DNA from: Gemmatimonadales bacterium
Lineage (GTDB): Bacteria > Gemmatimonadota > Gemmatimonadetes > Gemmatimonadales > GWC2-71-9
DNA: 61,133 nt
Reading direction: 5' to 3'
Assembly (NCBI GenBank): GCA_036523455.1
Contig: DATDED010000243.1
Coordinates: 1 to 61,133 of the forward strand
The notes beneath the pieces are model-generated. The model had not been told where the DNA came from. It worked only from the letters and a program-made list of their open reading frames with translations, and did not search any database. The position numbers and the translations under genes are program-made. Below, one piece after another: positions 26,370 through 36,963 of the stretch. Numbering within the stretch: the first letter of the stretch is position 1; each line of letters starts with the position of its first letter.

Positions 26370-28402
26370 CGCAGGCCGAGGCGCTCCAGCGCCTCTTCGG
26401 TCGCCGGCCGCACGTCTCCCGTCGCCACCAGCGTTCGCGACCGCAGATCCGGGTGCTGCGACAACATCTCCTCGACGAACAGCTTCCCCTTCGCGCTCAC
26501 CTGTGCGTCCACGAGGATCAGGTCGTAGCCGTGGTCGGCCGTGAGCTCGAGCGCGTGCTCGGCGCTCCGCGCCACGTCCACGGTATGCCCCTCGCGCCCG
26601 AACAACGCCTGCACCAGACGCCGCACCGCCGGGTCGTCGTCCACCAGCAGGATCGCGCGCTTGGCGAAGGCCGGCGGCAGCGGCGGCGACGGCTCGGGGC
26701 TCGGTGCCGCCGGGGCGGGACGCTCCGCGGGCGCCGGGGGGAGATCGATGCGGAACGACGCGCCGCCCTGGGGCGCGCGCTCGTAGCTCAAATGGCCGCC
26801 GTGCGACTCGACGATCGAGTAGGAGATCGACAACCCCAGGCCGGTGCCGTGCCCCGGCTCCTTGGTGGTGAAGAACGGGGTGAACAGGTGCCGCTCCAGG
26901 CTGGGCGGAACGCCCGGCCCCGTGTCCGTGACGCGCAGGTGCACGAGCCCGTCGGACCACGTCTCCAGCCGGATGCAGCGCGGGCGATCCTCGGGGAGGT
27001 CCCCCACCGCCTGCGCGGCGTTGGTGAGCAGGTTCAGCACGACCTGCTGCAGCGCGTGGCGGTCGCCGATTACCTCGGGCAGATCGTCGGGGAGCTCGAG
27101 CTGCGTCTCGACGTCGCGCAGCCGCAGGTCGTAGCTCATGAGCAGCAGGGTGCGCTGCAGCAGATCGTTCAGGTCCAGGCGCGAGCGCTCCGCCGGTCCC
27201 TTGCGGGCGAAGGTGAGCAGGTTGCGGACGATGCGGCCCGCCCGTTCCGCCTGCTCGTGGATCACCCGCAGGTGGCCGCGGTCGCCCGTTCCGAGCTCCT
27301 TCTGCTCCAGCAGGAACTCCGACAGGCCGGCGATCGAGGTGAGGGGGTTGTTGAGCTCGTGCGCGACGCCGGAGACGAGCTGTCCGACGGTGGCCAGTTT
27401 CTCGCTCTGGATCAGCTGCGCCTCCATCGCCTGCTGCTCGGTGACGTCCTGCACGAGGACCACCGACGCCTGGTTCTGGGTGGCGCCGGGCATGAGGGCC
27501 GCGTTGATGCGGAAGGTTCGGCCGTTGACCTCGGAGCGCTCGGTCAACGGCGCCGGTCGCTCGCCACGGCGCACGTCGTCCAGCATCTGGGCGAGGGCGT
27601 GCGAGCGGCCCAGCAGGGCGTGGCACAGGTGCGTCCCGATCACCTCGGGCAGGGGGTGGCCCACCATGATCGCCAACGAGCGGTTGGCCCGGCGTACCTG
27701 TCCCGCGTCGTCCACCACCGCGAGCCCTTCGGAGAGGGCATCGAACGTGGTTTCCCACTGCTCCTTGCCGCGCCGCACGAGATCGAAGAACCGTCCATTG
27801 GCGAGCGCGACGGCGGCGTGCGTCGCGACCGTGGACAGGAGGCGCACGTCGTCCGGCGCGAGCGCGCCGCCACGCGGTTCGGCGACCACCAAGGACCCCA
27901 CCACGACCCCATGGGCGCGCAGCGGCACGGCCGCGGCGGACTCGACCGTGGACCCACTGGCGAGCGGCGCGCCGGTCTCGCTGTTGCGGATCAGCTCGAG
28001 TCGTTCGCCCCGGGCCGAGCGGGCCACGAGACCCGGATCATTCGCCGGGACCGTCGTTCCCCGCAGATCGGCCAGCGATCCTTCGGCCGCCGCGATGGTG
28101 AGCGGATCGTCGGGATTCTCCCCGGCCAGCGCCACCAGCGCGCCGCGCGCGTCGATGAAGCGCATGGCGTAGCGCACCACCTGCTCGACGATGCGCTCCA
28201 GCTTGATCGACTCCGAGAGGACGTAGGACAGCTCCTGCAGCCAGAACAACTCCGACAGCCGCCGGTTCAGCTCATCGGCGGTTCGCTGACGGTCGCGCTC
28301 CAGCGCCCGCTGGCGCTGGCGCGCCCGTTGGAAGGCCCAGATGGCCCCGGCACCGGCCGCGCCGGCGAGGGCCAGCCCGAGGGGAAGCGGGATGGATACC
28401 AC
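26291..28402 (-). CDS. Hybrid sensor histidine kinase (TM - GAF - PAS - HisKA - HATPase - receiver)
   Basis: The product has the H-box GVAHELNNPLT, the ATPase segment DTGPGVP...GTGLGLSISY and a C-terminal receiver (ILLVDDDP...LILVD). The start is set at GTG 28402 (MVSIPLPLGLALAGAAGAG... TM helix). The ORF-track start at 28729 adds an Arg/Pro-rich extension. Confidence 0.8.
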   Translation of the reverse strand: MVSIPLPLGLALAGAAGAGAIWAFQRARQRQRALERDRQRTADELNRRLSELFWLQELSYVLSESIKLERIVEQVVRYAMRFIDARGALVALAGENPDDPLTIAAAEGSLADLRGTTVPANDPGLVARSARGERLELIRNSETGAPLASGSTVESAAAVPLRAHGVVVGSLVVAEPRGGALAPDDVRLLSTVATHAAVALANGRFFDLVRRGKEQWETTFDALSEGLAVVDDAGQVRRANRSLAIMVGHPLPEVIGTHLCHALLGRSHALAQMLDDVRRGERPAPLTERSEVNGRTFRINAALMPGATQNQASVVLVQDVTEQQAMEAQLIQSEKLATVGQLVSGVAHELNNPLTSIAGLSEFLLEQKELGTGDRGHLRVIHEQAERAGRIVRNLLTFARKGPAERSRLDLNDLLQRTLLLMSYDLRLRDVETQLELPDDLPEVIGDRHALQQVVLNLLTNAAQAVGDLPEDRPRCIRLETWSDGLVHLRVTDTGPGVPPSLERHLFTPFFTTKEPGHGTGLGLSISYSIVESHGGHLSYERAPQGGASFRIDLPPAPAERPAPAAPSPEPSPPLPPAFAKRAILLVDDDPAVRRLVQALFGREGHTVDVARSAEHALELTADHGYDLILVDAQVSAKGKLFVEEMLSQHPDLRSRTLVATGDVRPATEEALERLGLRYVRKPFNLRDLREEAARLWAAGAVS

Positions 28403-28492
28403 GGCACATAAGGTAAGCGAACGGCCGACGGTCGGAGAACTCCGGGGTTGCCGGACCGGCCATTCGGCCCGAGGATTCGGCCTGGGAGACTC

Positions 28493-29329
28493 GTGAAGGA
28501 GCCGGAAACTGTGCGCGGGATCACAATTCTCATCCTCGTGCTCGGCTGCTGTGTGGCCATCGCCTGCCGGGCGCGGGCCAAGCTGCCAACGGTCTCGCGC
28601 GCGGAGCCGGCACTGGGCGCCGTGTTCAGCGTCGCCGCGTGGGGCGGGGACTCGAGTGCGGTCGCGCGCGCGGTGGACCGGGCGCTCGCCGCCGTGCGAC
28701 ACGCCGATTCGGCGCCTGAGGACTCCCACGCCCTCACGCGGCGCACCGGTCTCCGCCTGCCCGCCGAAAGGGCCTCCCGTGGTCAGGCACTCGACCAGGC
28801 GTTGCTCGCGCTGCGCCCGGACGTCGACAGCGCCATCCTGAACCTGGGCGGACAGTACCTGATCATGGCGAGCACGGAGCGCGGCGTCGGCATCGCGGAC
28901 CCCGACAATTCGCTCCGGACGCTCGCCATCGTGACGGTGCCGCCGGGCACCTGGGGCCTGAGCACCGTTTCGAAGGTAGAGCAGACCGATCCGGTGCTGG
29001 ACCCCCGCACCGGAGCGGTCGCGGAAGCGGTGCGTGCGGTGACGGTCGTCGCCCCGTCGGCGGAGGCGGCCGGAGCGTGGTCGTTGGCGTTCTACGTGCT
29101 GGGGTGCGACAGCGCGCTGGCGCTGGCACCGCAGGTCGGCGTGGGGTCGGTGTGCGCCGATGACCGGGTGCGCTGGACTCCGGACCTCGAGGGCCGGGTG
29201 GTCGTGACTACGGATTCTGCTGGGCGGGCGGCGACTGGGCCCGGGCCTGGACGCGGGCCCGTTCGCGCTGGAGCTGCTGCAGCGAGCGGCTCCAGGGCAC
29301 CTGCGGCGAGCCCTGATAGCTCGCGCTGA
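28493..29329 (+). CDS. ApbE-like (FAD:protein FMN transferase family) lipoprotein, divergent
   Basis: GTG 28493 gives a lipoprotein-like N-terminus (ILILVLGCCVAIAC). ApbE-like segments are present (LNLGGQYLI, VLDPRTGAV, AVTVVAPSAEAAGAWSLAFYVLG). The last ~120 nt overlap the convergent gene, so the true C-terminus is uncertain. Confidence 0.55.
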   Translation: MKEPETVRGITILILVLGCCVAIACRARAKLPTVSRAEPALGAVFSVAAWGGDSSAVARAVDRALAAVRHADSAPEDSHALTRRTGLRLPAERASRGQALDQALLALRPDVDSAILNLGGQYLIMASTERGVGIADPDNSLRTLAIVTVPPGTWGLSTVSKVEQTDPVLDPRTGAVAEAVRAVTVVAPSAEAAGAWSLAFYVLGCDSALALAPQVGVGSVCADDRVRWTPDLEGRVVVTTDSAGRAATGPGPGRGPVRAGAAAASGSRAPAASPDSSR

Positions 29330-29855
29330 GGTCCTCGAACCAGCTGATCCCCGCGTCGTAGAGGTAGAGTCCCACCGCCTGTTGCCGCTGGTCCAGCTGC
29401 AGGGTGTTCCAGGTAGGCGAGAGCGGGATAATCGCCCTGGGACGGAACAACTGCCCGCGCGTCTGGATCTGCACGTCCTCCGGGGTGAACCGCGCCCCCG
29501 GCACCTGCCCGTAGAACGTGACCATCACGAGCGTCCAGCCGGCCAGCCCGGCGCGCGACGCGGCGTCGGTGATGTCACGCTGCCGGCTCGCGATGAGCTG
29601 TTCCAGGGAGCGGTAGGTGTCGGGCGCGAGCAGCCGGATGACGCGCTCGTCGAGCGGCAGGATCTGGAGCTGCAGCTGGTCGGTGGCGAAGCGGAGGACG
29701 ATGTCGTCGCGCCGCAGCGACCCGAACCCCGGCGGCACCGTGTCGCCCGGCGCGCTGGGCGCAGTACCCTGCGCGCCGAGGCGGGTCGCCGGGCTGCAGG
29801 CGGCACCGGAAACCAGCGCAACGATTGCCACGGCCCGCACGATGTTCATCGGCAT
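29208..29855 (-). CDS. Hypothetical lipoprotein / secreted protein
   Basis: The 215-aa ORF has non-biased composition and the signal/lipobox VAIVALVSGAAC. I recognised no family. Confidence 0.6.
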   Translation of the reverse strand: MPMNIVRAVAIVALVSGAACSPATRLGAQGTAPSAPGDTVPPGFGSLRRDDIVLRFATDQLQLQILPLDERVIRLLAPDTYRSLEQLIASRQRDITDAASRAGLAGWTLVMVTFYGQVPGARFTPEDVQIQTRGQLFRPRAIIPLSPTWNTLQLDQRQQAVGLYLYDAGISWFEDLSASYQGSPQVPWSRSLQQLQRERARVQARAQSPPAQQNP

Positions 29856-30044
29856 ATCCCCCGCCGGAAGGTCATGCGCCTACCACCACGGCGCAAGGCG
29901 CGCTATTCTCCCGGCAGGCGTGCAGGACGCCTCCCGTCCGCGGACAGGACCGAGTCCACCTGAGCGATGTGATACAACCAGGTTCTGAACGAACCTCCTC
30001 GCCCGACGCCTGCGGACTCCGGGCACGCACCAAGGAGGCTCGTC

Positions 30045-31325
30045 ATGCCCGCCCGCCACCTTCCCGTTCGCCCTGATCTGGACCAGCTAAAGCACCAAGC
30101 CAAGGACCTGCTGCGCGCGATTCGTCGCGGCGAGCCGTCCGCGCTCACGGACCTCCGGGACTACCACCCGAAGGCGATCGCGCCGGCCGACGTGAAGCTC
30201 GCCGATGCCCAGCTCGTGCTGGCGCGCAGTTATGAGGCGCCGAGCTGGCCGCGGCTCGTGCTCGCCTGCCGGCTGATCGACGCGATCTGGCGCGACGACG
30301 TGCACGCCGTGCGCGAGATCGTCGTCCAGCACCCGTCCGTGCTGCACGAAGAGGCCCTGATCCGCAAGAGCAGCAACTGGGGCCCGCCCATGACCTACGC
30401 CGCCAACCTCGGCCGCGACACGATCATCGCCATGCTCCACGATCTCGGCGCGAAGGATCTCCGGTCGGCCATCGATCGGGCGACGCTGCAGAGCCGGATC
30501 GAGACCGCCCGCAAGCTGCACGTGATGCTTGGCGCTCCCCGCCCGCCCGCTGGCGCCTTGGGCGGCCCGGCGTATACGCTGAGCGCCTCGGGGACCGCGC
30601 TCCTGTTCGAGCTCGGAGCGCAGGTTCGCGACGAGACCGGCAAGTCCATCGCCCCGGTCGACGTCGTGCTGGAGACCGACAGCCGGAATCCGGCTGCCAA
30701 ACACGAGATCCTGGAAATGTACGTCCGGCACGGGCTCGAGCTCCCGGATACGCCGACGATGGCGTTGCACCGCGGCCGGATCGACCTGCTGGAGGCGCAC
30801 TTGCGCCGCGATCCGGCCCTCCTGCATCGGACATTTTTGTTCGCGGAAATCTTCCCGCCCGAACTGGGATGCCACGGGGAGGATTACCCGCGCACGACGC
30901 TCGCCGGGGCGACGCTGCTGCATGTGTGCGTGGAATTCGACGAGCTGGAGATCGCGCGCTGGCTGCTCGGTCGCGGGATGGCGGCCGATGCGCCGTCCGC
31001 CGTCGACGCCGACGGCTTCGGCGGCCACACGGCGCTGTTCGCCGCCGTCGTGTCCTATCCGAATTTCTGGATGAACTACACTGGGGGCTGGGCCCACCAG
31101 CGCAAACCGCCGGAGGCGCGCTTCGCCCGTCTGCTGCTGGACCACGGGGCCGATCCGAATGCGCGGGCGTCGCTGCGTGAGCGGGTGAGGACCGCCGGTG
31201 GGGCGACGGTGCGCGAGCATCGCGACCTTACCCCGCTGGGGTGGGGTGAGGTGTTTCACGACCGGATGGTGGTCAGCGAACCGGCGATGCGGCTGATCGC
31301 CGAGCGGGGAGGGCGCCGGGACTAG
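30045..31325 (+). CDS. Ankyrin-repeat protein
   Basis: AAGGAGG precedes the ATG at 30045. Ankyrin-like units are visible (GATLLHVCVEFDELEIARWLLGRGMAADAP, GHTALFAAV, LLLDHGADPNA). Confidence 0.7.
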   Translation: MPARHLPVRPDLDQLKHQAKDLLRAIRRGEPSALTDLRDYHPKAIAPADVKLADAQLVLARSYEAPSWPRLVLACRLIDAIWRDDVHAVREIVVQHPSVLHEEALIRKSSNWGPPMTYAANLGRDTIIAMLHDLGAKDLRSAIDRATLQSRIETARKLHVMLGAPRPPAGALGGPAYTLSASGTALLFELGAQVRDETGKSIAPVDVVLETDSRNPAAKHEILEMYVRHGLELPDTPTMALHRGRIDLLEAHLRRDPALLHRTFLFAEIFPPELGCHGEDYPRTTLAGATLLHVCVEFDELEIARWLLGRGMAADAPSAVDADGFGGHTALFAAVVSYPNFWMNYTGGWAHQRKPPEARFARLLLDHGADPNARASLRERVRTAGGATVREHRDLTPLGWGEVFHDRMVVSEPAMRLIAERGGRRD

Positions 31326-32461
31326 CGGCCCCGTCCCTCGACCACCTCCCGGTAGAACGCCTCCACCGCGCGGGCGTGCTGACGGATATCGAAGGACGCC
31401 CGCGCCCGCGCGATCCCTCCCGCGCGCAGCGCCGCGAGGCGCGCGGGATCTGCCAGGAGCGCGCGCCACGCTTGCGCCATCGCCGTGGGGTCGCGCTCCG
31501 GAACGAGCACCCCGCACTCCGGGGTGAGGGCATCGCGGTTGCCCCGGATGTCGGTCGCCACGGGCACCGCGCCGCACGCCATCGCCTCGTACAGCACGCG
31601 CGACATCCCCTCGGTGTCCTGGTGCGAACCGCTCACCAGCAGGTCGGCCGCCTGCATCCAGCGCTCGACGTCGGCCTGCTGGGGGAGCACCCGCACGTCC
31701 GGCGCGATGCCCAGCGTCCGGGCCCGGCCAGCGATCTCCTCGAGGATCGCCGGCGGGTCGGGCGTTCCGATGACCTGCAGCTGCGGGGCCGGGCCCTCGG
31801 GCTGGTCGGCACGGAGCTTCCCCAGGGCGTCCACGATGTCGAGCACCCCTTTCGCGGCTTTCACCTGTCCCACGAAGAGCAGGACGGGACGGTCGAGGGG
31901 CAGGTCGAGCGAGCGGCGCAGCGCGGCGCGGTCGTCCGTGGGCCGGAAGCGGCGCAGGTCGGCGCCGCCCACGATGGTGCGATGGATCGCGGCCGCGCGC
32001 TTGGAGCCGCCGAAGCGGCGCAGGGTGTCGTCGGAGTCCCCGATCATCCCATCGGCGAGGTGGACCAGGATCGGATCGAGCGGATCGTGCGACGTGAGCC
32101 GGACGAACCATACCATCTTGGTGGCGGCGCCGAGCTTGGCCAGGCCGCAGGTGAGGGCGTCGCGCGCGGCGTCGGGGGCGATGATGTCGATGCCCCGCTC
32201 GCGCAGCAGCGCCCGGATCGCCCGGCTCGAGCGCCACACCGCCGCCAGGGTGCGCGGCTTGATGCGGTGCAGCGGAATGTGCACCACCGGGCAGCCGAGG
32301 CGCGTGAGGTGGTCGGTGAGCGGTCCGGGACCGGGACAGATGGCGAGCGGCTCGACCGCGTGGCGATCGAGGTGCTCGATCAGCAGGGCCATGCTGCGCT
32401 GCCCACCCATCTGGAGATGCGGGTGATGGCTCACGAACGCCACCCGCAGCGGGCGGTCCAT
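31322..32461 (-). CDS. GT-B fold glycosyltransferase (family 4-like)
   Basis: The 379-aa ORF starts MDRPLRVAFVSHHP...GGQRS. The C-terminal half has an EX7E-like region (SHQDTEGMSRVLYEAMACGAVPV). Its stop overlaps the ankyrin gene's stop (CTAG). Confidence 0.75.
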   Translation of the reverse strand: MDRPLRVAFVSHHPHLQMGGQRSMALLIEHLDRHAVEPLAICPGPGPLTDHLTRLGCPVVHIPLHRIKPRTLAAVWRSSRAIRALLRERGIDIIAPDAARDALTCGLAKLGAATKMVWFVRLTSHDPLDPILVHLADGMIGDSDDTLRRFGGSKRAAAIHRTIVGGADLRRFRPTDDRAALRRSLDLPLDRPVLLFVGQVKAAKGVLDIVDALGKLRADQPEGPAPQLQVIGTPDPPAILEEIAGRARTLGIAPDVRVLPQQADVERWMQAADLLVSGSHQDTEGMSRVLYEAMACGAVPVATDIRGNRDALTPECGVLVPERDPTAMAQAWRALLADPARLAALRAGGIARARASFDIRQHARAVEAFYREVVEGRGR

Positions 32462-32462
32462 C

Positions 32463-33109
32463 TCAGGCCGCCCGGGCGAGCGCCGCGATCGCCTCGCGCA
32501 GCTCGGGCATCCCGTGCCCCGTCTGCGCGCTCGTCACGACGATCTGATCCTCGTCTAGGGCGAGCGCCTGGCGCAGCGCGCTCTCCCGCTGCTGCTGTTG
32601 CGCGCGCGAGAGCTTGTCGGCCTTGGTCACGGCCACGAGCACCCGCGTCTCCGCGCCGGCCAGGAGATCCTGCATGGCGCGGTCTCCCTCGGAAGGCTCG
32701 TGGCGGATGTCGAGCAGCCACACGACTCCGGACAGCCGGGGGCGGTGCAGCACGTGGCGGACGATCCTGGAGAACGCGGCGAGGTCGGACTTGGAGGCGC
32801 GGGCGTAGCCGTAGCCGGGGAGATCCAGGAGATAGAAAGCGTGGTCGGTGGTTTGTGGTCGGTGGTCGGCGGGCTCCCCGGGCAGGTCCCCTCCGGCCAC
32901 CGACAACCGACCACTGACCACGTAGACGTTCAGCGCGCGGGTCTTTCCGGGCGTGGCGGAGACCCTGGCGATCCGTTGGCCGACAAGGGCGTTGATCAGA
33001 CTGGATTTCCCGACGTTGGAGCGGCCGGCGAAGGCGATTTCGGGAAGCGGTGGATCGAGCGGCGCGTCGGCGCGGGGGAAGGAGCCGACGAAGCGGGGCA
33101 GGGAGGCGG

Positions 33110-33113
<4 letters not shown>
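32463..33113 (-). CDS. engB: Ribosome-biogenesis GTPase EngB/YihA with in-frame palindromic insertion; inferred CTG start
   Basis: The same frame encodes G1 [18 protein letters not shown]2 PGKT, G3 DLPGYGYA and G4 TKADK. The ORF track starts at 32921, which is downstream of G1. No ATG/GTG/TTG lies upstream in frame. CTG at 33113-33111 forms a CTGA overlap with the clpX stop. Confidence 0.75.
32841..32921. repeat. 81-nt palindromic element inside engB
   Basis: The left arm is gtggtcggtggtttgtggtcggtggtcggc. The reverse complement of the right arm (32895-32921) is gtggtcagtggtcggttgtcggtggcc, which is near-identical. A GC-rich centre separates the arms. Confidence 0.85.
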
Positions 33114-34360
<1,247 letters not shown>

Positions 34361-34402
34361 AGGACGTCTAGTATGGGAAGGGGGTGTGGGGAACGCAAGT
34401 GT

Positions 34403-35023
34403 TCACTTGGCTTTCCCGTCGCCCACTTCTCTAAGATTCGATATCACATGGTCGATGAGGCCGTATTCCTTGGCCTCTTCGGCCGACATGAAGCGGTCCC
34501 GGTCCATGTCCCGCTCGATGGTGTCCAGCGGCTTCCCGGTGTGCTTGGCGTACAGCTCGTTCAGCTTGGAGCGCAGGTAGAGGATCTCCCGGGCCTGGAT
34601 TTCGATGTCGGCGGCGGTGCCCTGGGCGCCCCCCGAGGGCTGGTGCATCATGATGCGCGCGTGCGGCAGCGCGGAGCGCTTGCCCTTGGTCCCCGCGGTC
34701 AGCAGGAACGAGCCCATCGACGCGGCCATCCCCATGCAGATCGTGTTCACCGGCGCGCGTAGGAACTGCATCGTGTCGTAGATCGCCATCCCGGAGGAGA
34801 CGAGCCCGCCGGGCGAGTTGACGTAGAGGAAGATGTCTTTCTCGGGGTTGTCGGCATCGAGGAACAGCAGCTGCGCGATGATGACGTTCGAGACGTCGTC
34901 GTTGATCGGCGTACCGAGAAATACGATACGGTCCATCAGGAGGCGGCTGAAGATGTCGTAGGTCCGCTCGCCCCGGCTGGAACGTTCGATGATATAGGGA
35001 GGATAAATCGTGCTCATCGCCAC
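34403..35023 (-). CDS. clpP: ATP-dependent Clp protease proteolytic subunit
   Basis: The 206-aa product has [11 protein letters not shown] (Ser) and IMMHQPSGG (His). Confidence 0.97.
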   Translation of the reverse strand: MAMSTIYPPYIIERSSRGERTYDIFSRLLMDRIVFLGTPINDDVSNVIIAQLLFLDADNPEKDIFLYVNSPGGLVSSGMAIYDTMQFLRAPVNTICMGMAASMGSFLLTAGTKGKRSALPHARIMMHQPSGGAQGTAADIEIQAREILYLRSKLNELYAKHTGKPLDTIERDMDRDRFMSAEEAKEYGLIDHVISNLREVGDGKAK

Positions 35024-35024
35024 T

Positions 35025-36269
35025 TTAGGACTCCACGGTGGACTGGGAGAGGAGAAACGCGAACACCTTGTCTTCGGTCAGACCGCGCTCGAGGTCGCGC
35101 AGCCGCTTGTTCTTCTCGAGTGAGGCCCGCAGCTCGGGCGCCGTGATCTGCCGGCGCCCGGCCAGCTCGGCGATCTTCGCCTCGATGTCGGACGGGGTCG
35201 CCTGCAGCTGGTGATGCTCCACCACCCAGTCCAGCACCAGATCGCGCTGCACCTGCTGCGCCGCCAGCGGCTGGAACTCCGTGGCGAAATCCTGCAGCCG
35301 GTCTTCGGTGATCCCGTACGCCTGGGCGTAGGTCAGGATCACCCGCTCGACCAGCGGCCGCGGCGCGGTGACGCCGTTCGCCGCCACGATCTGCTTGATC
35401 AGCTCGGCGCGGACCTTCGCGTCCGCTTCGCGGGCGGCGTCGCGCTCCAGGTCCTCGCGCACGGCCCGCCGCAGCGCATCGAGCGATTCGAAGTCCCCGA
35501 TCTCCCGCGCGAACGCGTCGTCGAGCGCCGGCAGCTCCTGCCGCTTCACCTCGTGCAGCGTCAACCGGATCTCGCGCGTCTGGCCGCGCTTGGCCTCTTC
35601 GGGAAAATTGTCAGGGAAGCGGACCGTCGCGTCCACGGTCTCGCCCGGGACCAGTCCCATGACGCGCTCCTCCACCTCGGGGATCGCGCGACCTTCGCCC
35701 AGCACGAGATGATAGGGCTGCGGGTCCTTCGCCTCGGCGCCCTCGCGCTGCGCGATGGTGACGTGCACCAGATCCTTGAGCTTCGGCTTCTCCCCTTCGA
35801 CCGGCGCCCACGGCGCCTTCTGCTCGCGGAGCGTATCGAGCTGCTCCTGCACCTGCAGGTCGGTCACCGGGGCGACCTCACGCTTCAGCGTAAACCCGCC
35901 GAGCCGCGCCAGCGCGATCTCCGGCTTCACCTCGACGTGGAAGGTGAAGGTGACCGGCGTGCCCTCCTCCCACTTCAGGTCGTGGATGTGCGGGTCGGCG
36001 ATCGGCTTCAATGGCTCCTGCTCGAGCGCCCGGCGCCAGCTCGCCTGGATCAGGTCGCGCAGGGCCTGCTCGCGGATGTCGGCGGCGAACTGCCGACGGA
36101 TGATCGTCTCCGGTGCCTTGCCTTTGCGGAACCCGGGGAGACGGGCCCGCGCCTGATACGCACGGGCGGCCCTCCCCTCGGCCTCGCGCACCTGCTCGAC
36201 GGGCACGCTCACGGCGAGCGAGGCCGCACCGGGCTCCGAGGCCGTTTTTGTGATCTGGATGTCGGACAC
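35025..36269 (-). CDS. tig: Trigger factor
   Basis: GTG 36269 gives [23 protein letters not shown].... A FKBP-like middle and helical C-terminus follow, and the gene is in the conserved tig-clpP-clpX order. The 32-aa extension in the ORF track was rejected. Confidence 0.9.
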   Translation of the reverse strand: MSDIQITKTASEPGAASLAVSVPVEQVREAEGRAARAYQARARLPGFRKGKAPETIIRRQFAADIREQALRDLIQASWRRALEQEPLKPIADPHIHDLKWEEGTPVTFTFHVEVKPEIALARLGGFTLKREVAPVTDLQVQEQLDTLREQKAPWAPVEGEKPKLKDLVHVTIAQREGAEAKDPQPYHLVLGEGRAIPEVEERVMGLVPGETVDATVRFPDNFPEEAKRGQTREIRLTLHEVKRQELPALDDAFAREIGDFESLDALRRAVREDLERDAAREADAKVRAELIKQIVAANGVTAPRPLVERVILTYAQAYGITEDRLQDFATEFQPLAAQQVQRDLVLDWVVEHHQLQATPSDIEAKIAELAGRRQITAPELRASLEKNKRLRDLERGLTEDKVFAFLLSQSTVES

Positions 36270-36381
36270 GGGAGGAAATCTAACCAGGGGTGAAAGGCAT
36301 GAAGAGGCGATCCTGACTCTTGAGATCGGCTTGAGGATCCGGCGAGATTCTTGCAAGGTCCCCAACGCCCGTGAAGGTCCG

Positions 36382-36963
36382 ATGTCCCAGCCCGATCTCG
36401 CTCTCCAGCACCTCCTCGAGCCCAGTCCCGAGATCGAATACCGCGCGTTTCCGAACGAGCGGCGCCGGAACCTGCTGCAAGAGACCCTCGAGGTGCCCGT
36501 GATGATCCGGGCGCTCGCCTTGCCAAAGGGAGGCCGAATCCTCGAGGTCGGGTGCGGGCGGGGTATCGCGCTGCCCCCGATTGCCCGGGCGCTCGAGCCG
36601 AGTCAGCTCGTTGGGATCGACATCGACCCGGAGCTGCTCGCCGCAGCCGGGAATCGGTTGCTCCAGTCGAGGGTAGTGGCCCAGCTCCGCTGCGCAGACG
36701 TTCGAGCCCTCCCGTTCCCGGACGCCTCCTTTGATTTGGTGATCGATTTCGGGACGTGCTACCATATCGCCGGTGCTGCCCGGGCTCTCGCCCAGGTCGC
36801 CCGTGTGCTGGCCCCGGGCGGAATCTTCGTGGAAGAGACGCGGTTGAGTCAGATCCTGTCCCACCCCATCCGCGCTTTCGGCCGACACCTTCCATGGACC
36901 GAGACAGGCAGTCTCGCGCCAGCCAGGTGGGGATTGCTGTGGTCGAGCCGGGTCAGGCGATGA
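36382..36963 (+). CDS. Class I SAM-dependent methyltransferase
   Basis: ATG 36382 is preceded by GAAGG. Motif I is RILEVGCGRGI, followed by DASFDLVIDFG and LAPGGIFV. The earlier ORF-track start overlaps the tig start region. Confidence 0.75.
   Translation: MSQPDLALQHLLEPSPEIEYRAFPNERRRNLLQETLEVPVMIRALALPKGGRILEVGCGRGIALPPIARALEPSQLVGIDIDPELLAAAGNRLLQSRVVAQLRCADVRALPFPDASFDLVIDFGTCYHIAGAARALAQVARVLAPGGIFVEETRLSQILSHPIRAFGRHLPWTETGSLAPARWGLLWSSRVRR

Noticed and set aside
31322-31325. Convergent stop-codon overlap CTAG (ankyrin gene / glycosyltransferase), and 57646-57649 (isomerase / tricorn)
   Set aside because: These are real but trivial 4-nt overlaps of convergent stops. They have no functional implication beyond compact gene packing.
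34361-34440. Third copy of the GGGAAG module in the clpP-clpX spacer (gggaagggggtgtggggaac)
   Set aside because: The similarity to the module is only partial. The putative partner arm lies inside the clpP coding sequence and matches about 13/19 by eye. That is too weak to call.
36270-36381. Possible ncRNA or structured element in the tig / methyltransferase divergent region (gatcctga...ttgaggatc, repeated CTTGAG)
   Set aside because: The stems are short (6-7 bp) and imperfect. The 112-bp region is most simply two divergent promoters. Nothing supports an RNA gene.
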